Shown one piece after another: positions 39,360-48,790 of a DNA stretch of 64,000 nucleotides (positions are counted from its first letter, which is position 1; each line of letters starts with the position of its first letter). This DNA comes from a virus. The DNA lies in IMG/VR virus record IMGVR_UViG_3300030117_007501, positions 94,283 to 158,282 of that record; one strand, given 5' to 3'. The position numbers were made by a program, and so were the translations under genes. Below the pieces are notes generated by a model, which was not told where the DNA came from, did not search any database, and saw only the letters and a program-made list of their open reading frames with translations.

Positions 39360-42300
39360 ATGGCAGCAGGCAATTACGGCGACGGCGGAGCCGGTGGCGG
39401 CATGGGCGGAGGTAACAATTCTGGAGGCTCTATCCCTATCGCGAACGTAGGTGCCGTCGTCACCGCTAACAACGCAGCACGCGCTGCATCAACCGAAGGA
39501 GCCCGCCCCCCTGAAGTGACTCGCGCAGGGGCTGATGCGGTATCAAACATGAATAATGCCCTACAGTTCAGTCCTGTAGAAGATCCATGTTCTTTGGGGA
39601 ACCTAACAGAACCAGTACAACTAGAAAGAGTATTCCCAGATCCCGAACAAGAAGAACCAGTTGAGATTGTGTATCCCGTCCCACCAGAAGAAACTGTGTT
39701 CCTAGTTCCTGATGACTTAATAAGAACAAACTACGACAGGGTTTCCAGAACAAAAACGCTGGTTAATCAGGGGTTGTATTTTGATGTTTCTGAGTCTATG
39801 ATGACTATTAGAAATTCAAATACTTCATTCTTGGGATTCACATATGTGAGAGATTTGTATAGCCGATATCCCGAACGCCCAAATGACAATTCAATGGGGA
39901 TGTACGGCAATCTATTCCCCTATCTTGCGTACCGAACTCCCGAGGCGTATCCGGGGTTTTATTTGTATCCGATAATGTCAAACTTGGCAAATCAGGAAGC
40001 AGCCGATGACGTCGCGCGAAACAACATTGATACTTTGAGATACACGCTCCGAAGATCATGGATGAGACACAGAAATGGCGCGGCAATTTATCAAAAGTCT
40101 ACGCCACGATCGGCACTAGAATCCCCTTTCGACATTTATGTGGTTGATAGTGATGCGCGAATGTCATCTAGGACTAGGATAAACCTTCTTCCGAAATCTA
40201 TATTTTTCCCAGCCATCCCCCCAGCTCCATTCCATTTTAACCACATGGGAGTAGCAGTTCACCAAGACGCCCAATTGACTGAGGCTGACTGGAATGCTTT
40301 TAGTTTTTCGAAATTGGACGCATACGTTTTAGGCCCCCTGCATCCAGACTACGATTCCTGGAATGCGATAAGTAAGCAAGTTTTTGCAAAGCCTTTGGTG
40401 CCGATTGGTAGAGAGTTTAAGGATCATGTGCATGATGTATCCATGCCTTTTTATGAAAAAGAGCTGGATAGCTTGCCTCCTGGTAGAATATTGGATGTTC
40501 AAGTTAGGGTTGGAAGTAATTTTATTTCCGATAATTATAGAAATTACAACGGAAGCGAAACTAATATGAGGGATGTATATTCTTCATATCGAATGGACAA
40601 GGAGCCCGGTGATGCCGTCTATCGTCCCGCTGGACAAAAGGTTAAATTTACTCCATACAATGTTAAGGAGTTCGAAAATGTGGCATCGGAAAAGAAAAAT
40701 CAGTTTCCAATGTATGTTAACATAGAGTTTTCCACCCATCATGGCACAAAGGTTTGTCGATTTATAAAAAATTCAAGACTAGAAGAAAGAGTGATGAGTA
40801 CCATGGTTAGGTCTTTCAATACGAAAGCACTAGAAGACAGAGAAAGGACAGCTCAGTATGCTCGATCAGGAATAGAAGACATATATGCAGAAATATTAGA
40901 TGAAAGCGCGGGAAGAAGTCGTCGTATTAGGAGATCCCGGGAAACACCAAGAGAAAACGACAAGTCAGTACAAGGGCAAGAGAGAAGTACGATAGATGTA
41001 TTGAGATGGTTTGAGTCCTTGTCCGGACGTGGAATAAACACCCGATCCACTGTTGGGTTCCCTCTAGGAATCCAAGATGACGAAGAGTGGAACGCTGTAC
41101 AAGAGGCAGGCGGCGGCATGGATGCGGCGCTGTATGCCCTAAGAAAGGCAGTGTTCATCAATGCAACAACAAAACTAATACAGTCTAAATTTAGAAATTA
41201 CACAAAACTGCTGCAGGGAGAGAAAGCATACTCTGAAACAATCGGATACAGGATAGATAAGTTTTCCGTAATTAACGGAGAGGAGAGCTTGATACAGAGT
41301 TTTTATATCCTGGACAATGACGAAACGGATAGGGTTAATTTTGTAGATTCGCAAGTAAAGTATAGGCGCGAATATGTGTATAGAATTTATGCTTATAATT
41401 TTGTAGTTGGCACAAAGTATCGATATTCGAAATTGACAACTGCCGACATAGAATACGCAGAAGGCGGTCAACGAGGAAGTCCAGAGGTAGCAACAGCGAC
41501 TCTGGAATCTAACGCTAGTTATGTATATGATGCATCTCGCGACGAATTTGGCCCGTACCGCCCAGTAGCTTATCGCAACGATGAGCCAATATATGCGGAT
41601 ATTCATCCGAAAACTCCAATCCCTGATGATTTAGTGGGGCAAATACAGAAGCTGTCAGTACAGCACCCCTTTTATGACTTGGACAACCCTCCAGCTGGCT
41701 GGCGTGATATGTTAGTGAGAGGAAGGGAACCAACCCTAATAGGCAACCCAGAAATAGGTATTCCAATATGGACTGTTCCGGTTTCTAGGGGCACAATATC
41801 TCTTGCCCGCCCCCCGAGCGAAGAAGAGATAATGGCTGAATGGAGAAGCAGAGAGTCCGCAGCTGCAGCTGTATCAGCTCTTCTCGTGTACCCGCGAGTT
41901 GCTGAATCGCTGAACGACACTCAAATAAACAGAAAACATTGGTGGAATGACAGACAAGACTTAGATCCTGTTACTGATACGTTAGGCAATCCGGTGTTTG
42001 ATTTGACGGCACCAAACGTCTTTGGCCACGCTCGTAGTGGAGGAGTGACTCTGGAGCCTTTCTACGTTGATGTGGAATCAGAACCACATGCTGTGTTTAT
42101 TGAAGTTCCGTTTTTTGAAAAGAGGGTTACCATGGAGGACGCTCCACCCGTCTTCCCGCAGGTGCATATCGTTCCTTTCAAGGGAGAGACAGATGTTGTA
42201 AGAATAAATCTCACGTCTAATTCGGGAGAGTACAATATGGAACCAATAGCTCTCAACGAAGAAGACGAAGAAATATTCGAAGCAATCATTCAGGCGCAGG

Positions 42301-43037
42301 ATCCTGCAGACGGAAAAATTAAATTCAAGAGCGATGATCCTCCAGTAAGCTACGAAGTATTCCGCATGACGCAAATGCCAACTTCTGTAAGAGACTTTGC
42401 AGATTCAAAAATAGCGGATGTTTATGCCACTGGAACCGGAGGAGTGTACGACGATGCTATAGAGCCAAATGTGGTATATTATTATATATTCAGAGCAGTG
42501 GACGCCGCAGGACACGTTTCAAACCCAACTGACATATATCAGTGTCAGTTGGTTACTACGGAAAATGGTATGTTCTTGGATGTGACTACATTGTACGAGC
42601 CTGATATGATGGCAGATAAGGTTGAAAAGAAGTCGCTTATGAAGACATTTACGATAAAGCCTGCACTGATACAGAAGATGTTCCAAACAGGAGAGCAAAA
42701 TAGAGATTTAACCGGTGATGAACCCCTCGGTATGCCACCCCCAGGAGGCCCTGAGATTGGACTATTTCAAAAATCGATTTGGGATAAGACATACAAAGTG
42801 AGGATAAAATCGAAAAATTCCGGAAAAACTTACGATATTAATTTAAAGTTTAAGAAAAAGGTGGTAGATTTAACAGAGGATGAACTGCAAGAAGTGACAC
42901 CAGCAGAAAATCCTCTTAACACCCCACTGGGCGAAGGGTCTGAGTTCTCGCGCACCGGGATTCTCCCTGTCGCGCGCACCGGGGGGTTTGAGTTTTTCAG
43001 CGATGGAGGGAATCCCAAGTCGAGAGGCTTGAATTAG
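39360..43037 (+). CDS. hypothetical virion protein with FN3/Ig-like segments
   Basis: FVDSQVKYRREYVYRIYAY and YDDAIEPNVVYYYIFRAVDAAGHVSNP are FN3-like strands; Gly-rich N-terminus; GGAGG SD. Confidence 0.6.
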   Translation: MAAGNYGDGGAGGGMGGGNNSGGSIPIANVGAVVTANNAARAASTEGARPPEVTRAGADAVSNMNNALQFSPVEDPCSLGNLTEPVQLERVFPDPEQEEPVEIVYPVPPEETVFLVPDDLIRTNYDRVSRTKTLVNQGLYFDVSESMMTIRNSNTSFLGFTYVRDLYSRYPERPNDNSMGMYGNLFPYLAYRTPEAYPGFYLYPIMSNLANQEAADDVARNNIDTLRYTLRRSWMRHRNGAAIYQKSTPRSALESPFDIYVVDSDARMSSRTRINLLPKSIFFPAIPPAPFHFNHMGVAVHQDAQLTEADWNAFSFSKLDAYVLGPLHPDYDSWNAISKQVFAKPLVPIGREFKDHVHDVSMPFYEKELDSLPPGRILDVQVRVGSNFISDNYRNYNGSETNMRDVYSSYRMDKEPGDAVYRPAGQKVKFTPYNVKEFENVASEKKNQFPMYVNIEFSTHHGTKVCRFIKNSRLEERVMSTMVRSFNTKALEDRERTAQYARSGIEDIYAEILDESAGRSRRIRRSRETPRENDKSVQGQERSTIDVLRWFESLSGRGINTRSTVGFPLGIQDDEEWNAVQEAGGGMDAALYALRKAVFINATTKLIQSKFRNYTKLLQGEKAYSETIGYRIDKFSVINGEESLIQSFYILDNDETDRVNFVDSQVKYRREYVYRIYAYNFVVGTKYRYSKLTTADIEYAEGGQRGSPEVATATLESNASYVYDASRDEFGPYRPVAYRNDEPIYADIHPKTPIPDDLVGQIQKLSVQHPFYDLDNPPAGWRDMLVRGREPTLIGNPEIGIPIWTVPVSRGTISLARPPSEEEIMAEWRSRESAAAAVSALLVYPRVAESLNDTQINRKHWWNDRQDLDPVTDTLGNPVFDLTAPNVFGHARSGGVTLEPFYVDVESEPHAVFIEVPFFEKRVTMEDAPPVFPQVHIVPFKGETDVVRINLTSNSGEYNMEPIALNEEDEEIFEAIIQAQDPADGKIKFKSDDPPVSYEVFRMTQMPTSVRDFADSKIADVYATGTGGVYDDAIEPNVVYYYIFRAVDAAGHVSNPTDIYQCQLVTTENGMFLDVTTLYEPDMMADKVEKKSLMKTFTIKPALIQKMFQTGEQNRDLTGDEPLGMPPPGGPEIGLFQKSIWDKTYKVRIKSKNSGKTYDINLKFKKKVVDLTEDELQEVTPAENPLNTPLGEGSEFSRTGILPVARTGGFEFFSDGGNPKSRGLN

Positions 43038-43061
43038 TGTTTATAATATTTGTTTTAAGAA

Positions 43062-43087
43062 CTATTTAAGATAAGGTGCACTATTTA
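43062..43087 (+). promoter_or_regulatory. tandem candidate late promoter motifs (CTATTTA at 43062 and 43081)
   Basis: Two ACTATTTA copies in the 71-nt intergenic region before AGGAG SD and ATG 43109. Confidence 0.55.
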
Positions 43088-43108
43088 GTTATGATAGGAG
43101 AATAATAA

Positions 43109-44080
43109 ATGGCTTTTTTGGATAATTCGGGAGATATCATTCTAGATGCTGTCTTGACTGATGCGGGACGCCAGAGGATGGCAAGAGGTAATTTTAAAAT
43201 AGTTAAGTTCGCTTTGGGAGATGAAGAGGTTAACTATGAACTCTTTAATTCAAATCATCCTAGCGGATCCGCGTACTATGATTTGGAAGTCATGCAAACT
43301 CCAATTCTTGAAGCTTTTACAAACAACACCGCTTCAATGAAATCTAGGTTGATGACAATAGCAAGAACAAACATACTCCATCTTCCAATATTGAAGGTAA
43401 ACGAAATAAGAGGCGGGAACGACACAAGATCTAATTTGGTGGGTTCCGGAGACAATGCTGGCATGTTTGTTGTAACTGCAGACAGAGCAACAGAGGAAGC
43501 TCTAATTTCAGAATCTCAGGGAGTAATGTTCGGATTCAATGTGAATGAGGACGGAGGCAGACATATATTGGTTGATCAGGGGCAGGACACAGCTGGCGAT
43601 CCACCTATTACTCAAGCAATGGATGCAGACTTGGTTGAAACTCAGTATATTGTACAGATAGATAATCGACTAGGAAGAATCGTTTCTCGCGATGGCGCAG
43701 TTCAAGCTGTGTCTTTCGTCGATGACGATAACATCGCAACGTACTATTTCGGGTTAAATGCCGGGCCTATAGTTTCTTCAGTTGGTTTTACCGATGACGG
43801 CACTAACTTAACAATACAAAGAGATTCTGGCCCTAATGCGATACCTTTTACGGGCCCTACTGGTACAAGACTTTCTTTCAAGATAGCCTCGTCAGCCCAG
43901 TTGCGCTCTAGTTCCGCTCTCTTAACTAAGCTTGGCGGCAGCTCGACAGTCACTGTCGTTAAGGGTAACGCCGCAGGTTCTGATGCAACTTGCTACTACG
44001 CAGACACAAACATAAGGGTTACAGGAGTCACAACTGGCTATAGCTTGGACATACCTGTAAGATTCGTACGAAAGACATAA
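43109..44080 (+). CDS. virion structural protein (tail-collar/fibre anchor-like)
   Basis: DAVLTDAGRQRMARG.FKIVKFALGD resembles the start of the P2 gpH-type N-terminal (DUF3751-like) domain. Confidence 0.6.
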   Translation: MAFLDNSGDIILDAVLTDAGRQRMARGNFKIVKFALGDEEVNYELFNSNHPSGSAYYDLEVMQTPILEAFTNNTASMKSRLMTIARTNILHLPILKVNEIRGGNDTRSNLVGSGDNAGMFVVTADRATEEALISESQGVMFGFNVNEDGGRHILVDQGQDTAGDPPITQAMDADLVETQYIVQIDNRLGRIVSRDGAVQAVSFVDDDNIATYYFGLNAGPIVSSVGFTDDGTNLTIQRDSGPNAIPFTGPTGTRLSFKIASSAQLRSSSALLTKLGGSSTVTVVKGNAAGSDATCYYADTNIRVTGVTTGYSLDIPVRFVRKT

Positions 44081-44093
44081 AGGGGAAAAGTAA

Positions 44094-45239
44094 ATGGCAT
44101 CTGTTTTTAAAACATTTTTGAATAATGATATAACTTCGACAAGGACTCTTCTCCACGAATCGATTCCTTTGACTGGCTCTCTCGTATCGGGAACATACGG
44201 CGTTAACGCAATAGCTCTTGGTAGCGAACCAAACATCAAAAAGTACACACACGGCATGTTTCAGGGTGTATACGATTATCCGTACTTAAGTTCGTCAGCG
44301 AACCATATATTTGACATTACGTGTGGATTTTCTTCTGAGTCACCGTACTCAGGCAGCGTGAAAGTAACATCTCAGCACGACAAAAAACTGAACATGTACA
44401 ACCAGATGGCTCAACTTCTTATGGGGCACGACATTAGTGGTTCGATTCGTCCATTTGATGCTGATGGAAACTTGGTTGGAGGAACAAAGATTAATGAAGC
44501 TTTCTTTTTAAACTTTTCTAGACTCCTCACGAAAGACGAGATAAAGAAAGGATCGTTCAATCTTGAGCTTGGGGTTGAGAGCGATTACGACGAGCGCCCA
44601 AACAAGCATTTCACAAAAAGAATAAAGATAACCGATATTAGTGGTTCGAGTGGTTTCTTTGTTAACTCCCCAGTTGGAGAATATGGCATACTCCATGCTC
44701 AAACTTCGGATGGTTCTACTATAAGACTTACCAATGAAACAATAGGCACAGCAACGTCATATCCTGCGTGTGGGTTGATATTTTATCAGGCTGGCATAGT
44801 TGTTATTTCTGGATCAGTCTTCAACGACACTCAGCGCGGCGGTATTTTGCACAACACGAATACTGATGCCATGGAGATGATAGACGGTTTTGGATATGAG
44901 GGGTTTGATTTCTTTACAGGCTCGAGCATTGATGTTGTCGCCGACAAGATAAGAACTCGTATATACAACATTTCATTTAACAACACAACAGAGTTAAATT
45001 CTGCAGTATATTTTTGCAGGGCGAGCCACAATGAGTTCAATTATAGCTCAAACCCAACATATTTGACAGGAAGCCAGATAAGAGTTAAGAACCAAGCTGC
45101 TGATTCTCCTCGTTCTTATGTTACGACTGTCGGCCTCTATTCGCCAGATAATGAGCTTTTGGCTGTTGCAAAGCTTTCTGAACCACTCAGAAAGGATCCT
45201 ACAAATGAGTTGACATTAAGAGTTCGATTGGATTATTAA
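44094..45239 (+). CDS. virion structural protein, paralog of 45289..46515
   Basis: IKKGS, EFNYSSNPT and C-terminal YVTTVGLYSPDNELLAVAKLSEPLRK...RVRLDY. Confidence 0.65.
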   Translation: MASVFKTFLNNDITSTRTLLHESIPLTGSLVSGTYGVNAIALGSEPNIKKYTHGMFQGVYDYPYLSSSANHIFDITCGFSSESPYSGSVKVTSQHDKKLNMYNQMAQLLMGHDISGSIRPFDADGNLVGGTKINEAFFLNFSRLLTKDEIKKGSFNLELGVESDYDERPNKHFTKRIKITDISGSSGFFVNSPVGEYGILHAQTSDGSTIRLTNETIGTATSYPACGLIFYQAGIVVISGSVFNDTQRGGILHNTNTDAMEMIDGFGYEGFDFFTGSSIDVVADKIRTRIYNISFNNTTELNSAVYFCRASHNEFNYSSNPTYLTGSQIRVKNQAADSPRSYVTTVGLYSPDNELLAVAKLSEPLRKDPTNELTLRVRLDY

Positions 45240-45261
45240 TAAAATTAAATCCATGAATTCT

Positions 45262-45268
45262 CTAATTA
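45262..45268 (+). promoter_or_regulatory. candidate late promoter motif CTAATTA
   Basis: Intergenic, before AAGGA SD and ATG 45289. Confidence 0.5.
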
Positions 45269-45288
45269 TTTTAGAGAAGGAATAGAAA

Positions 45289-46515
45289 ATGTCAAATTAT
45301 AAAAAATTCAGAATAGACGATGTATTCTATAATACGGTAAAAACTTACCCAAAGTACGATATAAATATATATCACAATCAAGTTTATATAAATAACGAAA
45401 TTGTACGCCCCGGAGAGCGAGCGACTACTGTCAAGATGTTGAGTCAGGGCGAAATAAGCCTTCATGAACTAAACATAGATAGGGGCGCACTTGACAAGAT
45501 ATATCCTTTTGTAACGAAGGATGGCGCCCGAACTGGTATGAAGACAATCTCAACAACTAATTTTGACAATTCTGATCAATTTGTTTATGGCGATAGGATG
45601 ACAGACATATATCCGTATACTGCCAGTATAAACAGGATAAGCGTGCCCGCAGGCTCAGACGTTAGTTCATTCACTTTCGAGAATGGTGAAGGGGACTATG
45701 TTCCCGTTGCAAACAATAAGAAGTATATAAGATCGCTTAAGCCTACGTTGGAGGAATATAAGAGATTTAGTACTCATTATGCTTATTCGTCCTCGTACGG
45801 AAACAAGGGAACTCAGAAAGTCAATATGGTTTGTATACCTTCTATTTTTTACGGCTCATCAATAAAGAAAGGCTCAGTTAAGCTAAGTTTTTATGTTTCT
45901 GGCTCGCTCCAAGCTCAGCTCGTAGATTCACGAGAAAACGGTGAGTTGCTTCAGGTGAGCGGCTCTTCATCTAACGACGAAGTGGCTGGCGTGGTGTTGT
46001 ATAATGAGGGCATATTATTACTAACCGGATCTTGGGATTTGAACTCTGAACACACAGCCACATACAATGGCGATTCAAGCCCTGCAGTCAAGCCTTCTTG
46101 GTTGCACTTTGGTGCTGGAATGCCTTACGTTGGCACTGGCACGACGACAACGCTTATATCTTCAAGTTTTGGAATTGAGTTCGAAGGCACGACTACGATA
46201 CCAACTATAACGATGCTGGCTCATGCACCAAAGGGAGAATATAATTACTCTAGCAATCCAACATTTGTGAAGTCCGGCTCTGTGGGTGGAGTAAGTTACG
46301 ATAGCGTGCAGTACAGGGAAGACGCTGGAACCATAAAAAACATTACCAAATCTCCCTATACCAATCACACTGCTTCTTTCAAAAAGCAAACTTATATCTC
46401 TAAGATAGGAATATACGATAAAAATAAAAATCTAATAGGAATAGCAAAGCTGGCAAACCCGATTAAGAAGACGGAAGAAAAAGACTATACTTTTAAATTG
46501 AAGCTGGACTTTTAA
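45289..46515 (+). CDS. virion structural protein, paralog of 44094..45239
   Basis: IKKGS, EYNYSSNPT and C-terminal YISKIGIYDKNKNLIGIAKLANPIKK...KLKLDF. Confidence 0.65.
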   Translation: MSNYKKFRIDDVFYNTVKTYPKYDINIYHNQVYINNEIVRPGERATTVKMLSQGEISLHELNIDRGALDKIYPFVTKDGARTGMKTISTTNFDNSDQFVYGDRMTDIYPYTASINRISVPAGSDVSSFTFENGEGDYVPVANNKKYIRSLKPTLEEYKRFSTHYAYSSSYGNKGTQKVNMVCIPSIFYGSSIKKGSVKLSFYVSGSLQAQLVDSRENGELLQVSGSSSNDEVAGVVLYNEGILLLTGSWDLNSEHTATYNGDSSPAVKPSWLHFGAGMPYVGTGTTTTLISSSFGIEFEGTTTIPTITMLAHAPKGEYNYSSNPTFVKSGSVGGVSYDSVQYREDAGTIKNITKSPYTNHTASFKKQTYISKIGIYDKNKNLIGIAKLANPIKKTEEKDYTFKLKLDF

Positions 46516-46516
46516 G

Positions 46517-47134
46517 GTGCGTGCCGAAAAGAAATATGAACTAATGTTGTTGAGATTGAGATACCTCAAGAAAGACTTGCAATTCGTCAAAGAAACAAAT
46601 GAAGAGGCACAGCAGGCATTCTCGCAAGCGTTCAAAGCTTTTGTAAAGTATTTACCAGAAGCTCAGAGAGAGTCCGTAGAGAAGATTGTAAAAAAAGAAA
46701 CCCCACCAAAAGAAACGGAAGAGAAAAAGAAAACAAAAAAGAAAACAAGAGCACCAGTGAAGACTGAAAAGAAAAAGCGCGAGGTGCAAAAACTCTTCAA
46801 GAAAGTGGCTAAGGACAGCCACCCTGATCGTATTATTGGATTAAGCGAAGAAGAACAGGAAAGGAAGAAGGAACTCTTCAAGGAAGCACAAGCCGCAGCA
46901 GATGAGTCTGATCTCTTTGATTTGATAGAGGTAGCGGAGAAGCTAGACATAGAAATACCAGAAGCTTCGGAGGAGAGTATAGAGTTGCTAAAGGAGTCTA
47001 TCGCAAAAATAAACGGAGAAATAAAAAAAATAAAACAATCTTTTGCGTGGGTGTGGTATCATGATCCTTCAAAACGAGACAAAATAATGAGGCAGTATAT
47101 TGGAAAGCTCAGACTTAGTAACCCTCGGACTTGA
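46517..47134 (+). CDS. J-domain (DnaJ type III-like) protein
   Basis: VQKLFKKVAKDSHPDR...ELFKEAQAA with the HPD motif; flanking coiled coils. Confidence 0.8.
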   Translation: MRAEKKYELMLLRLRYLKKDLQFVKETNEEAQQAFSQAFKAFVKYLPEAQRESVEKIVKKETPPKETEEKKKTKKKTRAPVKTEKKKREVQKLFKKVAKDSHPDRIIGLSEEEQERKKELFKEAQAAADESDLFDLIEVAEKLDIEIPEASEESIELLKESIAKINGEIKKIKQSFAWVWYHDPSKRDKIMRQYIGKLRLSNPRT

Positions 47135-47654
47135 CATTTCTACAAGCATAACGGGCGCTACGGTTCTTGATAAATCGGGCGAAATTTTATATAGCGAAGC
47201 GTGGGACACCAGAAACAAGAATAAGTTTTCAACTCTCTATGACAAAGCGCAGTTTGTTAAATGCAGGCTTTTGGAGTTGCAAGCCAGGTGGCAAATTAAA
47301 GAGATTTTTATTGAACAATCACTGCAGTCTTTTAGATCGGGATTCTCCTCTGCTCGAACTCTTTCGACTTTATCTAGATTTAACGGGATAATATCCTGGC
47401 TTTGTTACGACATCTTTCAAATAGAGCCTCAAATGATAGCTGCAGCATCTGCTAGAAAAAGAGCCGGGATAAAAATAGACAGAAGCAAAGATACGAAGGC
47501 TCAAATATTGCAGTTTTATCTTGACAAGAACCCCAACATTAAAGTAGAATATACACATAAAGGAAACCCAAAACCGAAATACAAAGACATAGCGGATAGT
47601 TGGGTTGTTGCAGTTGCGGGATTACAGATTTGTCAAGAAAAAAACATAAATTAG
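47100..47654 (+). CDS. RuvC-like Holliday junction resolvase
   Basis: LGLDISTSITG, IFIEQ and DIADSWVVA give the D-E-D-D catalytic tetrad. Confidence 0.8.
   Translation: MESSDLVTLGLDISTSITGATVLDKSGEILYSEAWDTRNKNKFSTLYDKAQFVKCRLLELQARWQIKEIFIEQSLQSFRSGFSSARTLSTLSRFNGIISWLCYDIFQIEPQMIAAASARKRAGIKIDRSKDTKAQILQFYLDKNPNIKVEYTHKGNPKPKYKDIADSWVVAVAGLQICQEKNIN
47521..47550 (+). promoter_or_regulatory. sigma70-type promoter inside the resolvase gene, upstream of primase
   Basis: TTGACA (47521)-N18-TAGAAT (47545). Confidence 0.5.
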
Positions 47655-48562
47655 TTTCTGATATACTCGGAAGAAGTTATCGGGTAAACGAAGAGTGTCT
47701 CTTCAAATGTCCGAAGTGCAAGCATTACAAAAACAAATTGTCAGTGAATTACGACAAGAACGTCTTTAAGTGCTGGGTGTGTGATTACTCAGGGAAAGAT
47801 ATTTTAAAACTAGTGCGCAAGTATGGCAGCTATAGCCAGAAGAGCGAGTGGTTAGAGTTGTCTGGCAAGGTTGACTTGAACGAGTTTGACAATCTTTTCG
47901 AAAAGGAAGAAGAGGAAGAATACGTTCAGCGCATTGAGTTGCCAAAAGAATTTATGACTTTAACATCTCGCAAGCCATCGCTAGCGTCTCTTCCGGCTTT
48001 AAATTACTTAAAAAAAAGAGGATACACTGCAGATGACATTTTGCGTTGGAAGGTGGGATATTGCCTACAGGGGGAGTACTCTAATCGTGTAATAATACCA
48101 TCCTTCGATGAAGAAGGTTATGTTAATTATTTTATCGCTCGGAGCTTCACTGAAGATTGGTATCGATACAAGAATCCTCCCGTTTCTCGAGATATTGTGT
48201 TTAACGAACTGTATATTGACTGGGGTGAAGACGTCGTTCTGACGGAGGGGATATTTGATGCGATGAAGGCTGGAAATGCTATACCCCTGTTGGGCTCAAC
48301 GTTGAACGAACGCTCACGACTGTTTCAGAGAATAGTCACGTATCAGCCAAACATATACATAGCTTTAGACTCAGACGCGGAGAAGAAGTCTTTAAGATTG
48401 ATTAAAAATCTGCTACAATATGACATAAGGGTTCGAAAGGTAGATATAAGTCCTTTCTCCGATGTTGCAGAGATGACAAAGGAAGAGTTTCAACAAAGAA
48501 AAGAGAAAGCATCTTTTGTTGAAGAAGGTGACTATTTATTATACCACGCTTTAAGCTTGTGA
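47630..48562 (+). CDS. DNA primase (DnaG/gp61-like; zinc finger plus TOPRIM)
   Basis: CPKC...FKCWVC zinc finger, RVIIP, YKNP, LTEGIFDA, ALDSDA, DVAE; start probably TTG 47630 (open frame from 47600). Confidence 0.9.
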   Translation: MSRKKHKLVSDILGRSYRVNEECLFKCPKCKHYKNKLSVNYDKNVFKCWVCDYSGKDILKLVRKYGSYSQKSEWLELSGKVDLNEFDNLFEKEEEEEYVQRIELPKEFMTLTSRKPSLASLPALNYLKKRGYTADDILRWKVGYCLQGEYSNRVIIPSFDEEGYVNYFIARSFTEDWYRYKNPPVSRDIVFNELYIDWGEDVVLTEGIFDAMKAGNAIPLLGSTLNERSRLFQRIVTYQPNIYIALDSDAEKKSLRLIKNLLQYDIRVRKVDISPFSDVAEMTKEEFQQRKEKASFVEEGDYLLYHALSL

Positions 48563-48571
48563 GGAGAGATT

Positions 48572-48754
48572 ATGCATATTACTAAAGAAAAACTAAAAAC
48601 ACTTATAAAAGAGGAGCTTATTCGCACAGCAGATATGCTAGCTCCAATAAACGAAAACCAGAAAGTTGCACTCGCCGCACTTACTGAATTGACGGATCAA
48701 GATGCCGCAACTGTTATAGCCATTTACGAGTCTATCGCAGCAGAAAAAAAATAA
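48572..48754 (+). CDS. small protein with MxITKxxLKxLIKEE N-terminal motif (probable head-targeted protein)
   Basis: GAGGAG SD; CTATTTA motif at 48532 inside the primase 3' end. Confidence 0.6.
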   Translation: MHITKEKLKTLIKEELIRTADMLAPINENQKVALAALTELTDQDAATVIAIYESIAAEKK

Positions 48755-48761
48755 AAATAAT

Positions 48762-48790
48762 TTGACTTTTTAAACAACACCAGTTATAAT
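48762..48790 (+). promoter_or_regulatory. near-consensus sigma70 promoter
   Basis: TTGACT-N17-TATAAT with A-rich UP-like tract upstream and GGAGG SD before ATG 48814. Confidence 0.85.

Noticed and set aside
42949-42983. Short direct repeat CGCGCACCGGG in two copies
   Set aside because: Only two 11-nt copies inside a variable protein C-terminus; most simply a local duplication
43042-43047. Isolated TATAAT hexamers (also at 20873 and 51965)
   Set aside because: No correctly spaced -35 or extended -10; expected in AT-rich gaps
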